Positions 8,724 to 19,520 of a DNA stretch of 64,000 nucleotides are shown one piece after another. The notes beneath the pieces were generated by a model, which had not been told where the DNA came from, ran no database searches, and saw nothing but the letters and a program-made list of their open reading frames with translations. The stretch's first letter is position 1; every line of letters begins with the position of its first letter. The position numbers and the translations under genes are program-made. The DNA comes from an uncultured Actinomycetota bacterium (GTDB taxonomy: Bacteria; Actinomycetota; Actinomycetes; Mycobacteriales; Nakamurellaceae): contig CAVRCD010000008.1 in the NCBI GenBank assembly GCA_963719475.1, positions 30,845 through 94,844 of the forward strand. Reading direction: 5' to 3'.

Positions 8724-10069
8724 GACCCACCACCGCGGGAGCCGCCGACGGTGATCCCGAGCGACTCCGCAAGGAGTTCGTGGATGTCGACCACGTCGAT
8801 GTCGTGGGCCGCACCGGCCGCGCCCAGCGGGCGTTCCGACCACGGGCAGGCGCTGACCAAGGTGTCGACGTCCAATTGGGCCGCACTGGCCAACCGGTTG
8901 GCACTGATCGCCGCGGTGAGTTCGGGTTTCTCGATCGGCAGACCACCACCGCCGCCGGAGCAGTAGGACCACTGCGTCACCCGGTCGACATCGGTGAAGG
9001 CCAGACCGGGGATGGCGCGCAGGATCTCGCGTGGCTCCGCCCAGATTCCCTTGCGCTTGTTCAGCCGGCACGGGTCGTGGTAGGTCACCGCCCGCTCGAC
9101 CGGCACCGTGGGGGTGATCCGGCCCTGCCGGATCAGGTCGGCGAAAAGCTCGACTGCGAGGACGATCTCGATGTCGAAGTCGGCGCCGAAGTACTTCGGG
9201 TAGTCCTCGGTGAAGGTGATGTAGTCGTGCGGGTCGAGCACCAGCACCCGCCTGGTGCCGGTGGATCGCCAGTTCGCCAGGTTGTGCTCCGCGAACCGGC
9301 GTGCCTGGTCGACATAACCCATCTCGGCCGCCGGGCCGCCGCAGCACCACTGCTCGCCCATCAAACCGAAGTCATAACCGGCGGATTGCAGGATCTGCGC
9401 GACGGCCCGCGGCACGCTGGTCCGGTAGTAGGCCGCCTCGCAGTCCACGAACAGCACCGTTTCGCCGCCGATCGGGATGTCGAGGCCGGCCGACCAGTCG
9501 CGCACCCGATCCTGGCTGATCGGTTCGTCACCGAGCACCGGTTCGTGTGTCGCGTCGTTGGTCCGGGCATTCCAGGTCTGCCAGTGCTCCTGGTGGATGC
9601 CGCTGTCGACGGCGAGCGCGCGGACGGCCTTCACCACGTCGACCGTCCTGGTCCGGAAGCGGTAGAAGTCTCCGGTGAACAGCGTGTTCGGGCATCGCAG
9701 CTCGCAGGCGCCGCACTGCGTGCAGTTGACGTAATCGGCTGCCACATCTGCGATCTCGAGGTGCCCCTGCTCCATGGCCACGACATTCGCGTGGAACGCC
9801 GTCGGCGTCCACGATTCGTTCCGGGTGACCTGCATGACCGGGCAGACCTCACGGCAGAACTTGTGCCCGGACGAGTAACAGTTGTACGAGGCGTTGCGCC
9901 AGGTCTCGACGAACTCTTTGGTCCGGCGATCGGTCAGCGTGATGTCGACCGGTCGGGCGACGTCCTCGGGCAGACCCTGCAGAGCCGGGTCGTTCCCGCT
10001 CATCCCGGGGGTGAACGGCCCGGCGAGTGGATCCGACCCCGGTCCGGGGCGCGGTTCGGTCTGGGTCAC
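8720..10069 (-). CDS. (Fe-S)-binding protein, GlpC/GlcF/HdrD-like with ferredoxin and CCG domains
   Basis: CTQCGACELRCP, WCCGG, YHDPCRL and VSACPWS motifs; GTG start with AGGAG RBS. Confidence 0.88.
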   Translation of the reverse strand: MTQTEPRPGPGSDPLAGPFTPGMSGNDPALQGLPEDVARPVDITLTDRRTKEFVETWRNASYNCYSSGHKFCREVCPVMQVTRNESWTPTAFHANVVAMEQGHLEIADVAADYVNCTQCGACELRCPNTLFTGDFYRFRTRTVDVVKAVRALAVDSGIHQEHWQTWNARTNDATHEPVLGDEPISQDRVRDWSAGLDIPIGGETVLFVDCEAAYYRTSVPRAVAQILQSAGYDFGLMGEQWCCGGPAAEMGYVDQARRFAEHNLANWRSTGTRRVLVLDPHDYITFTEDYPKYFGADFDIEIVLAVELFADLIRQGRITPTVPVERAVTYHDPCRLNKRKGIWAEPREILRAIPGLAFTDVDRVTQWSYCSGGGGGLPIEKPELTAAISANRLASAAQLDVDTLVSACPWSERPLGAAGAAHDIDVVDIHELLAESLGITVGGSRGGGS

Positions 10070-10144
10070 GGCGTACTCCTTGGCGGCGGCTGGGGAGGTG
10101 TGACGGTGCCGGGTGGGGGAGGAACGATGGAGCGGGTTGAAGGT

Positions 10145-10183
10145 TGTGACGTGCGCCACTCGGCTAAAACCTATGGAACCATA
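10145..10183. promoter_or_regulatory. Candidate operator palindrome (TATGG-AA-CCATA, 10172-10183) and weak CRP-like site (10145-10160) in the divergent promoter region
   Basis: AT-rich patch with a palindrome between the oxidoreductase operon and gntR. Confidence 0.4.
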
Positions 10184-10328
10184 TGTCTACGGCCAAGACC
10201 AGTGTCTGTTCGCCTGTCGGCACGTCCTGCGGCATCGCCAGGGTTGTGACGGGCAGGCTGGGCGCACGGCCGGTATCCGCAGGCAGCGCGGACCACAGGT
10301 TTCCTGTTACGACCGATCGGAGGTGGAG

Positions 10329-11135
10329 GTGCCAGCACCGATCGGCGCCGGCCGGCAGGCCGTGTTCGCCCCGCTGGACGACGGTTCAGGCCGCTCCGAG
10401 GCAGTGGTCCGCCGCCTGGGCAGTGCGATCGCGCTCGGCCTGATCGCCGACGGCGAGCAGTTGCCTGCCGAGGCCGAACTCGCGACGTCGCTCGGAGTGG
10501 CGACCGTGACGCTCCGCGAGGCGTTGTCCGACCTGAGGCGACGTGGATTGGTCGAGACCCGGCGGGGCCGGGCCGGGGGGAGCTTCGTCCGGCTGTCCGA
10601 GCCGGCGCTGTCAGCGTTGTCCAGGAGCCGCGTGCGGGAACTCGGTTCCGCCGATCTGCGCGAACTGGGGGAGTTCCATGCCGCGGTTGCCGGGACAGCC
10701 GCCCGGCTGGCCGCGGAACGGGCCTCCGGCCATGAGATCGGCCGACTGTCAGCCACCCTCGACAGGTTCGAGCAGGCACCCACGACGGCCGGTCGACGCC
10801 GGGTGGAGGGGCGGTATTTCATCGAGGTGGCGGCCGCGGCCCAATCCGTGCGACTGACCCGGCAGGAGATCGAATTGCAGAGCGAACTCGCCGAGCTGCA
10901 GTTGTTTCCGAGCCACACCGCCGGATGGGCGAAGGTGGCACTCGAGAGATACCGGGCCGTCGTCGATGCCATCGGCAACCGCGACGGGGCCTTGGCGCGT
11001 CGGCTCACCGAGGAGTGGATCGGGACGAGAACGCTTGGCATGATCGAGGTTCACCTGGCGTTGATGGCCGGGGCCGAGCCGGCGCAGCAGGTCGACGGTG
11101 TCCCGGACGCCCTGGAAGGAGGCTCGCTCGGATGA
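10329..11135 (+). CDS. GntR/FadR family transcriptional regulator (FCD domain)
   Basis: GEQLPAEAELATSLGVATVTLREAL...GLVETRRGRAGGSFV winged HTH; GTG start with GGAGG RBS. Confidence 0.92.
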   Translation: MPAPIGAGRQAVFAPLDDGSGRSEAVVRRLGSAIALGLIADGEQLPAEAELATSLGVATVTLREALSDLRRRGLVETRRGRAGGSFVRLSEPALSALSRSRVRELGSADLRELGEFHAAVAGTAARLAAERASGHEIGRLSATLDRFEQAPTTAGRRRVEGRYFIEVAAAAQSVRLTRQEIELQSELAELQLFPSHTAGWAKVALERYRAVVDAIGNRDGALARRLTEEWIGTRTLGMIEVHLALMAGAEPAQQVDGVPDALEGGSLG

Positions 11136-11878
11136 CCGGTGTGGTCGCTGGCCCGGGGCCCTTTGCGGTAGCAGCGGAATCCTTGGTGGAGAGGGTGTTC
11201 GGCGCTGTCGATGCGGTGAAAGCCAGGCTGCTCGATGTGCTGACCACCGGTCCGACCCATCGAGAGCACTTGCAGTCCAACGATCTCGCCGAGCTCCGTC
11301 CCGGACTCATCGAGGTCCTTGCCGACCATCGCGAGATCGTGGTCGGGATGGGCATGATCGTCGCGCCGGGGCTGCTGCCGAACGAGCGCCGCCGGCTCGA
11401 GTGGTGGCAGTACGCGCCGGGTCGCGAGCAACCATCGGCGCTGCAGGTGGACCTGAACCCGGACAGCCTTGGTTTCTACGACTACGACGCCGCGGAATGG
11501 TTCAGCGTCCCGCGGCGCAGCGGCCGGCGGCACATCGTCGGTCCGTATGTCGATGCCCACGGCACGGATCGCTACCTGTTGACATTCACCGCACCGGTCG
11601 AGGTGGACGGGACCTTCCTCGGGGTGATCGGGGCAGACGTGCCGGTCTCCCGATTCGAGCGTCGACTGCTCGGCACGTGGGGTGAAAGCGCGGTGGAGGT
11701 GACGATCATCAATACCCATGGCCGGGTGGTGATGTCGAACTGCGCGCACGCACTCAGCGGAGATCTGGTGTCCGACATCGATCCGGACGGCTCGACCGTC
11801 CGGGTCGACCTGCCCGACGTGCCCTGGCATGTCCGCGTCGTCGATCGCCCTGCCGGGCTACCGATCCCGCCCGTCTGA
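11132..11878 (+). CDS. Stand-alone Cache (dCache/PDC-like) domain protein
   Basis: FYDYDAAEWF...GPYVDAHGTDRYLLTFTAPV...FLGVIGADV; no transmembrane segment or signal peptide; ATGA overlap with gntR. Confidence 0.8.
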   Translation: MTGVVAGPGPFAVAAESLVERVFGAVDAVKARLLDVLTTGPTHREHLQSNDLAELRPGLIEVLADHREIVVGMGMIVAPGLLPNERRRLEWWQYAPGREQPSALQVDLNPDSLGFYDYDAAEWFSVPRRSGRRHIVGPYVDAHGTDRYLLTFTAPVEVDGTFLGVIGADVPVSRFERRLLGTWGESAVEVTIINTHGRVVMSNCAHALSGDLVSDIDPDGSTVRVDLPDVPWHVRVVDRPAGLPIPPV

Positions 11879-11892
11879 GGTGCCCTCTCGCG

Positions 11893-12954
11893 TCATCGCT
11901 CGTCGAGTTCGTTGCCGGACCTGGAGGCCAGCAGCCGCCGGAAGGAGGCGAGCCGGCCCGGGCTCGATTCGCCGGACGCCACGAAAGCATCCAGTGCGCA
12001 GCCGGTTCCGGTGGTGTCCGCGCCACCGTCCGGTCCGGTGTGATCGCAGTTCGGTGGGCAGTTCACCGTGCCGGGCAACAGATCATCGAACGTCTCGAGC
12101 AGATCGTCCGGGGTGACATGGGCCAGCCCGAATGACCGGACGCCGGGAGTGTCGATCACCCAGCCACCGTCGGCCAGCGGCAGGGCGATCGCCGACGTGG
12201 AGGTGTGCCGTCCCTTGCCGACCCCGGTGACGGAACCGGTGGCCCGCTTGGCATCCGGCACCAGCGCGTTGACCAGGGTCGACTTGCCGACCCCGGAGTG
12301 GCCGATCATCACCGACACCGTCCTGGCCAGTCGCTCCCGGACCGCCTCGATGCCGGCCACCGATCTGCTGCCGTCAGCGGCGGTGACCCGGTGGGTGACC
12401 AGCATGGGCAGGTCGAGATCGGAGTACACAGCCTGCAACTCGGTCGGATCGGCGAGATCGGACTTGGTCAGCACCAGCACCGGGTCCAGGTCGCCGGTGT
12501 AGGCGGCGACCAGACAGCGGTCGATGAAACCGGTGCGCGGCACCGGATCGGCGAGGGCGCAGACGATCACCAACTGGTCGGCGTTGGCCACCAGCACCCG
12601 TTCCGCCGGGTCGGTGTCGTCGGCGGACCGCCGGAGAACGCTGCGCCGCTTGGCGATCCGAACGATCCTGGCCAGGGTGTCGGGTGCACCGTCGGTATCA
12701 CCGACCAGATCGACCCGGTCGCCGACGGCCACCGCGCGACGGCCGAGTTCCCTGGCCCGCATGGCGGTGACGACGTGCGCCCGCTTCGTTCCCTCGCCGA
12801 CCAGGCAGGTGTACCGGCCGCGGTCGACCGTGGTGACGAAACCGCTGACCGCGTCGGAGTGACTCGGCCGGGTCTTGGTGCGGGGACGGGAACCGCCACG
12901 GGTCGGTCGGACCCGGACATCGTCGTTGTCCCAACTTTCCCCGAGGGTGCTCAG
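11893..12954 (-). CDS. rsgA: Ribosome small subunit-dependent GTPase A
   Basis: [24 protein letters not shown] and C-terminal C..CDH..C zinc finger; directly follows aroA; start probably CTG at 12954. Confidence 0.93.
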   Translation of the reverse strand: MSTLGESWDNDDVRVRPTRGGSRPRTKTRPSHSDAVSGFVTTVDRGRYTCLVGEGTKRAHVVTAMRARELGRRAVAVGDRVDLVGDTDGAPDTLARIVRIAKRRSVLRRSADDTDPAERVLVANADQLVIVCALADPVPRTGFIDRCLVAAYTGDLDPVLVLTKSDLADPTELQAVYSDLDLPMLVTHRVTAADGSRSVAGIEAVRERLARTVSVMIGHSGVGKSTLVNALVPDAKRATGSVTGVGKGRHTSTSAIALPLADGGWVIDTPGVRSFGLAHVTPDDLLETFDDLLPGTVNCPPNCDHTGPDGGADTTGTGCALDAFVASGESSPGRLASFRRLLASRSGNELDER

Positions 12955-14273
12955 CGGGCCACCGCCGACGGGTCGCCGATCGAATCGGCTGCGATTCCGA
13001 GCATGTCCGCCCACATCCGGTCGAAGCCGGGCAGTGTCTTTGCGGTGGTGGCGATGTCGTCGACGACGACACCGGGCACCCGGAGCCCGATGATGGCGCC
13101 GGCGGTGGCCATCCGGTGGTCCGCGTACGACTTCCACTGCCCGCCGTGCAAAGCCCTGGGCGTGATGGTCAAGGCATCGTCCGATTCCTGGACATCGCCG
13201 CCGAGCGCGGCGATGTCGGTCGCGATCGCCGCCAGCCGGTCGGTTTCGTGGCCACGCAGATGACCGATACCGGAGAGCCGGCTGGGGGCGTCGGCGAAGA
13301 CGGCGACGGCGGCGACGGTCGGGGTCAACTCTCCGACGTCGTGCAGGTCGATGTCGATGCCGCGCAGCTGATCCGGACCGGTCACCGTCAATCCATCCGG
13401 ACCGCTCGTGACGGAGGCGCCCATCGCCCGCAGGATCTCCCGGATGGCGTCGCCGGCCTGATCGGTGTCGGTCGGCCAGTGCGGAACGGTGATCTCGCCG
13501 CCGGTGACCGCTGCTGCCGCCAGAAACGGGGTGGCGTTGGACAGGTCGGGTTCGATGACCGCCGTCCACGGCTGGACGGGGCCGGGTTCCACCCGCCAAC
13601 GATCGGGCACCGCATCGTCGACGACAACGCCCACGGATCGCAACGTTTGGACCGTCATCTCGATGTGCGGCATCGACGGCAGCGCCGAACCCTCGTGGAT
13701 GACCGTGACGCCGTCGGTGAAGGACGCGGCGCAGAGCAGCAGCCCGGAGACGAACTGGGATGACGCACTGGCGTCGATCCGGACGCTCCCGCCGCGGAGC
13801 GCCCCGGAACCCCGCACGGTGAACGGCAGCCGGTCGCCCTCGATATCGGCGCCCAGCGCACGCAACGCATCCAGCACCGTGGACATCGGCCTACGGCGCG
13901 CTGCCTCGTCACCGTCGATGACGACGGGCCCGGTCGCGGTGGCGGCCAATGCCGGCACGAACCGCATCACCGTGCCGGCCAGACCGCAATCGATCTCGGC
14001 GGGACCGGTCAGCGGGCCGGGGGTGACCGCCCAGTCGGTCCCGGAGTCGGTGATCGAGGTGCCGAGCGCACGCAGGGCGCCCGCCATCAGATCGGTGTCC
14101 CGGCTGCGCAGCGGCGCCTTGATCAGTGACGGCCCGGTCGCCTGCGCCGCCAGGATGAGAGCGCGGTTCGTCAGTGATTTGGAACCGGGGACGGCGACGA
14201 GGCCGCGCACCGGTCGGTCCGCGACGGGTGCCTGCCACGAGGTGGGCAGCGCAGCGGAGCGAACGGAGGTCAT
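12951..14273 (-). CDS. aroA: 3-phosphoshikimate 1-carboxyvinyltransferase (EPSP synthase)
   Basis: [40 protein letters not shown] and DHRMA motifs. Confidence 0.97.
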   Translation of the reverse strand: MTSVRSAALPTSWQAPVADRPVRGLVAVPGSKSLTNRALILAAQATGPSLIKAPLRSRDTDLMAGALRALGTSITDSGTDWAVTPGPLTGPAEIDCGLAGTVMRFVPALAATATGPVVIDGDEAARRRPMSTVLDALRALGADIEGDRLPFTVRGSGALRGGSVRIDASASSQFVSGLLLCAASFTDGVTVIHEGSALPSMPHIEMTVQTLRSVGVVVDDAVPDRWRVEPGPVQPWTAVIEPDLSNATPFLAAAAVTGGEITVPHWPTDTDQAGDAIREILRAMGASVTSGPDGLTVTGPDQLRGIDIDLHDVGELTPTVAAVAVFADAPSRLSGIGHLRGHETDRLAAIATDIAALGGDVQESDDALTITPRALHGGQWKSYADHRMATAGAIIGLRVPGVVVDDIATTAKTLPGFDRMWADMLGIAADSIGDPSAVAR

Positions 14274-14449
14274 CGGCCAATGATGTCGCATGAACGGGCG
14301 GATTCGATCGGCCGACCGGTCCGGGCTTGAGACCCGGGGATCGTTGGCGGGTCATCGCCTGGACTGCGTGGGCGGTTGGGGTGCCGGAGTTCGGCGCCGC
14401 TGCGGTGTGGCAGTCGTGACTGTCGGGGGTCGATGGCACCATGCAAGGC

Positions 14450-15256
14450 ATGTGCGGTCGCTATGCGCTGACGATGGAACCGGAGACCCTGTACGGGCTC
14501 TTCGATGCCGAACCCGATACGCGCGCGGGTGGATTGGACGGCCTCTACGGCGGCGATCCGGTCCGGCCGCGCTACAACATCGCGCCCACCATCACCGTTC
14601 CGGTGGTCCGGCTGGAGCCGCGGGTCGCCGCCGAGGACGCCGCCCGGCAGATCGAGCCGATGCGCTGGGGCCTGGTGCCGTCCTGGGCGAAGGACATCTC
14701 GGTGGGCAGCCGGATGTTCAACGCCCGCGCCGAGTCCCTCGGCGAGAAGGCGGCGTTCCGCACGGCGCTGGCGAAGCGGCGGTGCCTGATACCCGCCAGC
14801 GGCTACTACGAGTGGAAGAAGCTGCATCCAGAGAGCGCCGTCGGGCATCCCCCGACCAGGTCGGGCAAGGGCCGCTCGAAGGTCGTCAAGCAGCCGTTCT
14901 ACATGACGCCGGAAGACGGTTCGGTGATGGCGTTCGCGGGATTGTGGGAGTACTGGCGACCGGCCGACGGCGAACCCGTCGTCTCGATGACGATCATCAC
15001 CACCGACTCGGTGGGTGACCTGCAGGACATCCACGACCGGATGCCGTTGATCCTGCCCGCCTCGGAATGGGCTGCCTGGCTCGACCCGGGCGTCGACCCG
15101 GCCCCGATGCTCGCGCCGCCGTCCGCCGATCTGGTGGCCGGCCTGGAACTGCGCCCGGTCGGTGCGCTTGTCGGAAATGTCGCCAACGACAGCCCGAACC
15201 TGGTGGATCCGGTGGCCGAACTGCTCCCGGAGCTGGGTGCGCCGACGTTGATCTGA
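14450..15256 (+). CDS. SOS response-associated peptidase (SRAP/HMCES abasic-site protecting protein)
   Basis: N-terminal MCGRY, RYNIAPT, FNARAE, GYYEW and IHDRMP motifs. Confidence 0.95.
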   Translation: MCGRYALTMEPETLYGLFDAEPDTRAGGLDGLYGGDPVRPRYNIAPTITVPVVRLEPRVAAEDAARQIEPMRWGLVPSWAKDISVGSRMFNARAESLGEKAAFRTALAKRRCLIPASGYYEWKKLHPESAVGHPPTRSGKGRSKVVKQPFYMTPEDGSVMAFAGLWEYWRPADGEPVVSMTIITTDSVGDLQDIHDRMPLILPASEWAAWLDPGVDPAPMLAPPSADLVAGLELRPVGALVGNVANDSPNLVDPVAELLPELGAPTLI

Positions 15257-15451
15257 CGGTGCGGGCGAGTGAGGGGCGATCGTCGGCACGAGGCCGTCCG
15301 CTCAAGAAAACCCGGATGGCTGGTATCTGGACGGCCCAATCGTCACTCCTTCGGATGGCCTCGGGCCTGACGGCGCCACGGGGCGTGACACCCGCGTTGA
15401 GCCTTGGCTATGGTTGCCCGGTAAGACTTTTCTCGGATGGGGGTACGGCAC

Positions 15452-17849
15452 GTGGTGTTCGCCGCGGGCGAGGAATTCGCCGGTTACACCATCGAGTCGG
15501 TTCTCGGTACCGGCGGAATGGGTGCCGTCTACCTGGCCAAACACCCCCGATTGCCGCGCCGTGATGCGCTCAAACTGCTGAACCCGGCCTTCTCGACCGA
15601 TCCGAATTTCCGGACCAGGTTCGAGCGCGAGGCGGACCTGGCGTCCGGCCTGATCCACCGCAACATCGTCGCCGTCTACGACCGCGGAGCGGTCGACGGC
15701 CAGCTGTGGATCTCGATGCAGTACGTGGCCGGGGTGGATGCCTCGGTGGCGGCCAGGGCAGGTGACGGCTCGATGACCCCGGCCAGGGTGGTGCACATCA
15801 TCAGCGAGGTCGGTTCCGGGCTCGACTTCGCGCACCGCTCCGGGCTGTTGCACCGCGATGTCAAACCGGCCAACATCCTGCTCGCCGCCGCCGACGATCC
15901 CAGCGAGCCGGAACATGTGCTGCTCACCGACTTCGGCATCGCGAAATCCACCGACGAGGTGCAGCACCTGACCGGCACCGGCAACCTGCTGGCCACCCTG
16001 GCCTACGCCTCGCCGGAACAGATCGAGGCCCGGCCGCTCGACCACCGGGTCGACATCTACGCACTGGGCTGCGTGCTCTACGAACTGTTGGCCGGCAGCG
16101 TGCCGTTCCCCGAGGCCTCGCCCTTCGCCACCATGACCGCCCATCTGAAGAACCCGCCGCCGCGGCCCTCGGAGAAGGTGCCGTGGTTGCCGCCCGGGTT
16201 CGACGAGGTGGTCGCGAAGGCGATGGCGAAGGATCCCCAGGATCGGTACAACAGCTGTCGGGAGCTGAGCCTGGCCGCGCGGGCGGCGCTGACCTCGTCG
16301 GATCCGGCCGCCTCCAGCCCGACCCGCGCCGAGATCGCGTCGCCGATGATCACGCCACCGGTGCGGGAGGGCGACCACACCGCCATCGAGCCGGCGAAGG
16401 CTGCGAAGCCGGAGCCCGAGCAGGTCATCGAGTCGGTGGCGTTGACGACGCCCCGCCCGCCGTACACCGTGTCGGTGCGCCGGACGGCGCCCAAGCAGGG
16501 GACGGTCAGCGAACTCGGCCCGGTCAGCACCAATTACCTGTCCGCGACGAACCGGATCGCGCTCGAGGAGCTGCTGCACCAGGCGCGGTTCTTCGACCTG
16601 CCGCCGCGGTTGCCGCTGGTCGAGGTGGTGCCCGGCGATGTCCTGCAGGAGATCACCGTCGGCAACAACGAGATCACCCGCACCGTCGTGTACGAGCGGG
16701 AGGGCGCCCGGCGGCCCAAGGAACTGGACTCGATCGTCAGCCTGCTGGAGCAGTTGGCCGGCTGGCAGGTGTTGCACGAGTCCGGTGCCATCCCGCGCAG
16801 CGCGGTCCCGGCCGCGTGGACCCCGACGGGCACCGTGCCCCCGCTCGGCGGCGGCTCCGTGCGGCCCACCGAGTCGTACCTCCCGCCCGGGCAGGGCGGC
16901 AACGTTCCGCCGGGATCGGGGTACTACCCGACGGGGCAGTTCGGACCGCCCGGCAACCCGCCGCCCGGCGGGACCTACCACTCCGGACAGCACACCGGCG
17001 GCTACCCGCAGCAGTTCGTCACCGGTCCGCACACCGGGCCGGCGCCGACGATGCCGAAGCCGAACTCGTCGAAGAAGTGGATCCTGATCGGGCTGGCCGC
17101 CATCCTGATCATCGTGGCCGGCGCCGGCACCGCCTATTTCCTGAACCGGTCGACCACGCCGACGGTGTCCGCCCCGGCCACTCCCGCCAACCTCGCGGTG
17201 GCGGCGGACGGCCGCGACGTGACGATCACCTGGTCGGGCGTGACCGGTGCCACCGGGTACACCCTGACCCGCAGCGGCGAGAACGTGTACGCCGGGGTCG
17301 CGACGACCTACCTGGATCTGAAGTTGGTGCCGGGAAAGTACAACTACTCGGTCACCGCGTCGAACTCCGCCGGCCTGACCTCGCCGCCGAGTGAGACCGT
17401 TTCGGTGACGATCACCGATCCCTGGGGTCCGGTCGCCTTTCTGGTCGACGACTTTCCGGAGATGCTCCCGGCAACGCCGTCCGGTACCGGTTACGACGGA
17501 GCGAGTTGCTCGGTCGCCAGCGACACCGAGGACAGCAAGGCCGACGGGATCATCTCGTGCACCGATCCGAACGGTGTCTATTTCGAGGTCATGCATTTCC
17601 CGACGGTGGCCGACAAGGACGCCTACATCGAACGCGACTGGAGCAACTCCCCGAAGATCGAGCCGTGGAACGTCGACGGCGACGGTCATGGGCAAGCTCT
17701 ACCGGTCCGCCGACGAGGAAGCCGCACTGCCGTACATCATCACCACCTTCGATGACGACGCCAGGTCGCAGTACCTGCTGTACGCGCATTGGAAGGACCA
17801 CACGATGACGGACCTGATGGACAACTGGTGGGGTCCGGCGACATTCTGA
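15452..17849 (+). CDS. Hanks-type Ser/Thr protein kinase with transmembrane helix and extracytoplasmic FN3-like and C-terminal domains (apparent frameshift near 17690)
   Basis: GTGGMGAVY, ALK, HRDVKPAN, TDFG and YASPEQ; TM segment WILIGLAAILIIVAGAGTAYFL; FN3-like PATPANL...YNYSVTASNSAG. C-terminus continues in another frame (GKLYRS...DNWWGPATF). Confidence 0.9.
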
Positions 17850-18028
17850 ACCCGCGCCCGGCTTGCCGTTGCCGGCACAGATCCGGGCCGCCGGGGCGGT
17901 GGGTCGTGACCGGATGCCTGCGGGACTGCGCCTAGGATCGACCAGGGATTCGGGCGATTTCACCACTTTCCGGCGCTGATCGAATCCCTGCTCGCACACG
18001 CGTCCACCCGACCCCGAAGGAACCCGCC

Positions 18029-18418
18029 ATGTCCAATTTCTGGGACATCATCTGGTACATGCTCACGATTTTCGTCTTCGTGGCATACCTGATGGTGTTG
18101 TTCCGGATCATCAGCGACCTGTTCAGCGACCATGAACTGGCCGGTGGCTGGAAGGCCGTCTGGATCATCGCGTTGATCTTCGCGCCGTTCCTGTCCGCGC
18201 TGGTCTACCTGATCGCCCGCGGCCGCGGGATGGCCGAGCGGCAGATCGCCCGGATGCGGCAGATGCAGAGCGAGACCGATTCGTACATCAAGCATGTCGC
18301 CGGGTCCGCCGGGTCGAAGTCGTCCGCCGAGCAGATCGCCGACGCCAAGCGTCTGCTGGACAGCGGCGCCGTCACCCAGGCCGAGTTCGACAAGCTGAAG
18401 GCCAAGGCCCTCGCCTGA
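18029..18418 (+). CDS. PLDc_N plus SHOCT domain membrane protein
   Basis: DLFSDHELAGGWKAVW...LVYLIARG and C-terminal AKRLLDSGAVTQAEFDKLKAKAL. Confidence 0.9.
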   Translation: MSNFWDIIWYMLTIFVFVAYLMVLFRIISDLFSDHELAGGWKAVWIIALIFAPFLSALVYLIARGRGMAERQIARMRQMQSETDSYIKHVAGSAGSKSSAEQIADAKRLLDSGAVTQAEFDKLKAKALA

Positions 18419-18474
18419 CCAGTCCGGCTGAGCAGGGCCAGAGCGGGTCCGGGCTCGCCCGGGAGCGACAGCTG

Positions 18475-19306
18475 TCAGCCGGCCGCGGCGCGGATCTCGG
18501 CGATCCGGTCGGCCACCTCGAGCGCGGTGGCCGGCCGGCTCCCGGGGGCGGCCAGGCAGGCGAGCACCAAGCGCGGCCTCGTCCGCGGTCAGCACGGGGT
18601 CCAGCGTCGGCGGGGTGGTCTGCACCCTGCGGATCGCCAGCAGTGGTTGGCGTTCGGGGAGTTCTCCGTACAGACCCTTGCCGGACAGCGCGCGGTGCAG
18701 GGTGGCGCCCAGTGCCCAGATGTCCGTCGCCCTGGACGGTGGCTCACCGAGCAGCAACGACGGGTCGAGGTACTCCACCGAGGTCTCCGGCGCCATCCCG
18801 GTCAACGCGGCCCCGGCAGTGAAGACCCGGGCGAGGCCGAGATCGGAGAGCTTGCCGCCGTTCTCGTGCAGCATCACGTTGCCGGGCTTCACATCGCCGT
18901 GGGCCAGGCCGCCCTCGTGCAGCGCGTGCACCGCGCGCGCCGCGTGTTCGACGGCCCGCAGGACGTCGTCATGGGTCAGCGGCCGGGCGGGTGCCGCCAA
19001 CGATCCGAGCGGGAAGTACTCCATCGCGTAGAGGAAGTTGTCCTCGAGCACCGCGTCGTACACCCGGGCCAGATACGGCGAATCGACGGCGGCGAACGCC
19101 CGCAGCTCGCGTGTGCCGCGCCGGTAGGCGTCCTCGCTGCACTGCCCGGCGAACACCTTGACCGCGACGAATTCGTCGTCGATGCCGAGCCGGGCCGGCG
19201 GATGCGCCAGATAGAACCGGCCGTGGTTGCCCTCGCCGATCAGCCGCACCACCCGGAAGTCCGCCAACACCGGCACCGCCTGTACCGGGGTGTCTTGCAG
19301 CACCAC
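18475..19306 (-). CDS. Soluble kinase-domain-only Ser/Thr kinase (frameshift near 18570)
   Basis: GEGNHG, VAVK, HGDVKPGN, SDLG and DIWALGATL; GAGGAG RBS. Removing one base near 18570 gives ...LACLAAPGSRPATALEVADRI...TGA at 18475. Confidence 0.85.
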
Positions 19307-19520
19307 GTCGGACTCCTCAAAGCGCTGTTCCGTTGACGCGCGGGAAGTTATCATTTGGCCTAGCGCATGTCATCCTAACGGCCACCCGCCGTTGATGTCG
19401 GGTGGTTGCTCCACGAGTCATCCACTGCGCCGGTGGGGTATCGCATTCGCTCCGCACAGTTCTGCTGAGTGCAGCATCCGACGTCCGGCACGGCCGTCCC
19501 GAACCCAGACAGGACAGCAG

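Noticed and set aside
15302-17695. 797-aa minus-strand ORF and other long antisense ORFs (e.g. 50369-52954, 59350-61656, 23318-25234)
   Set aside because: These are shadow ORFs opposite real high-GC3 genes, Arg/Gly/His-rich and without motifs.
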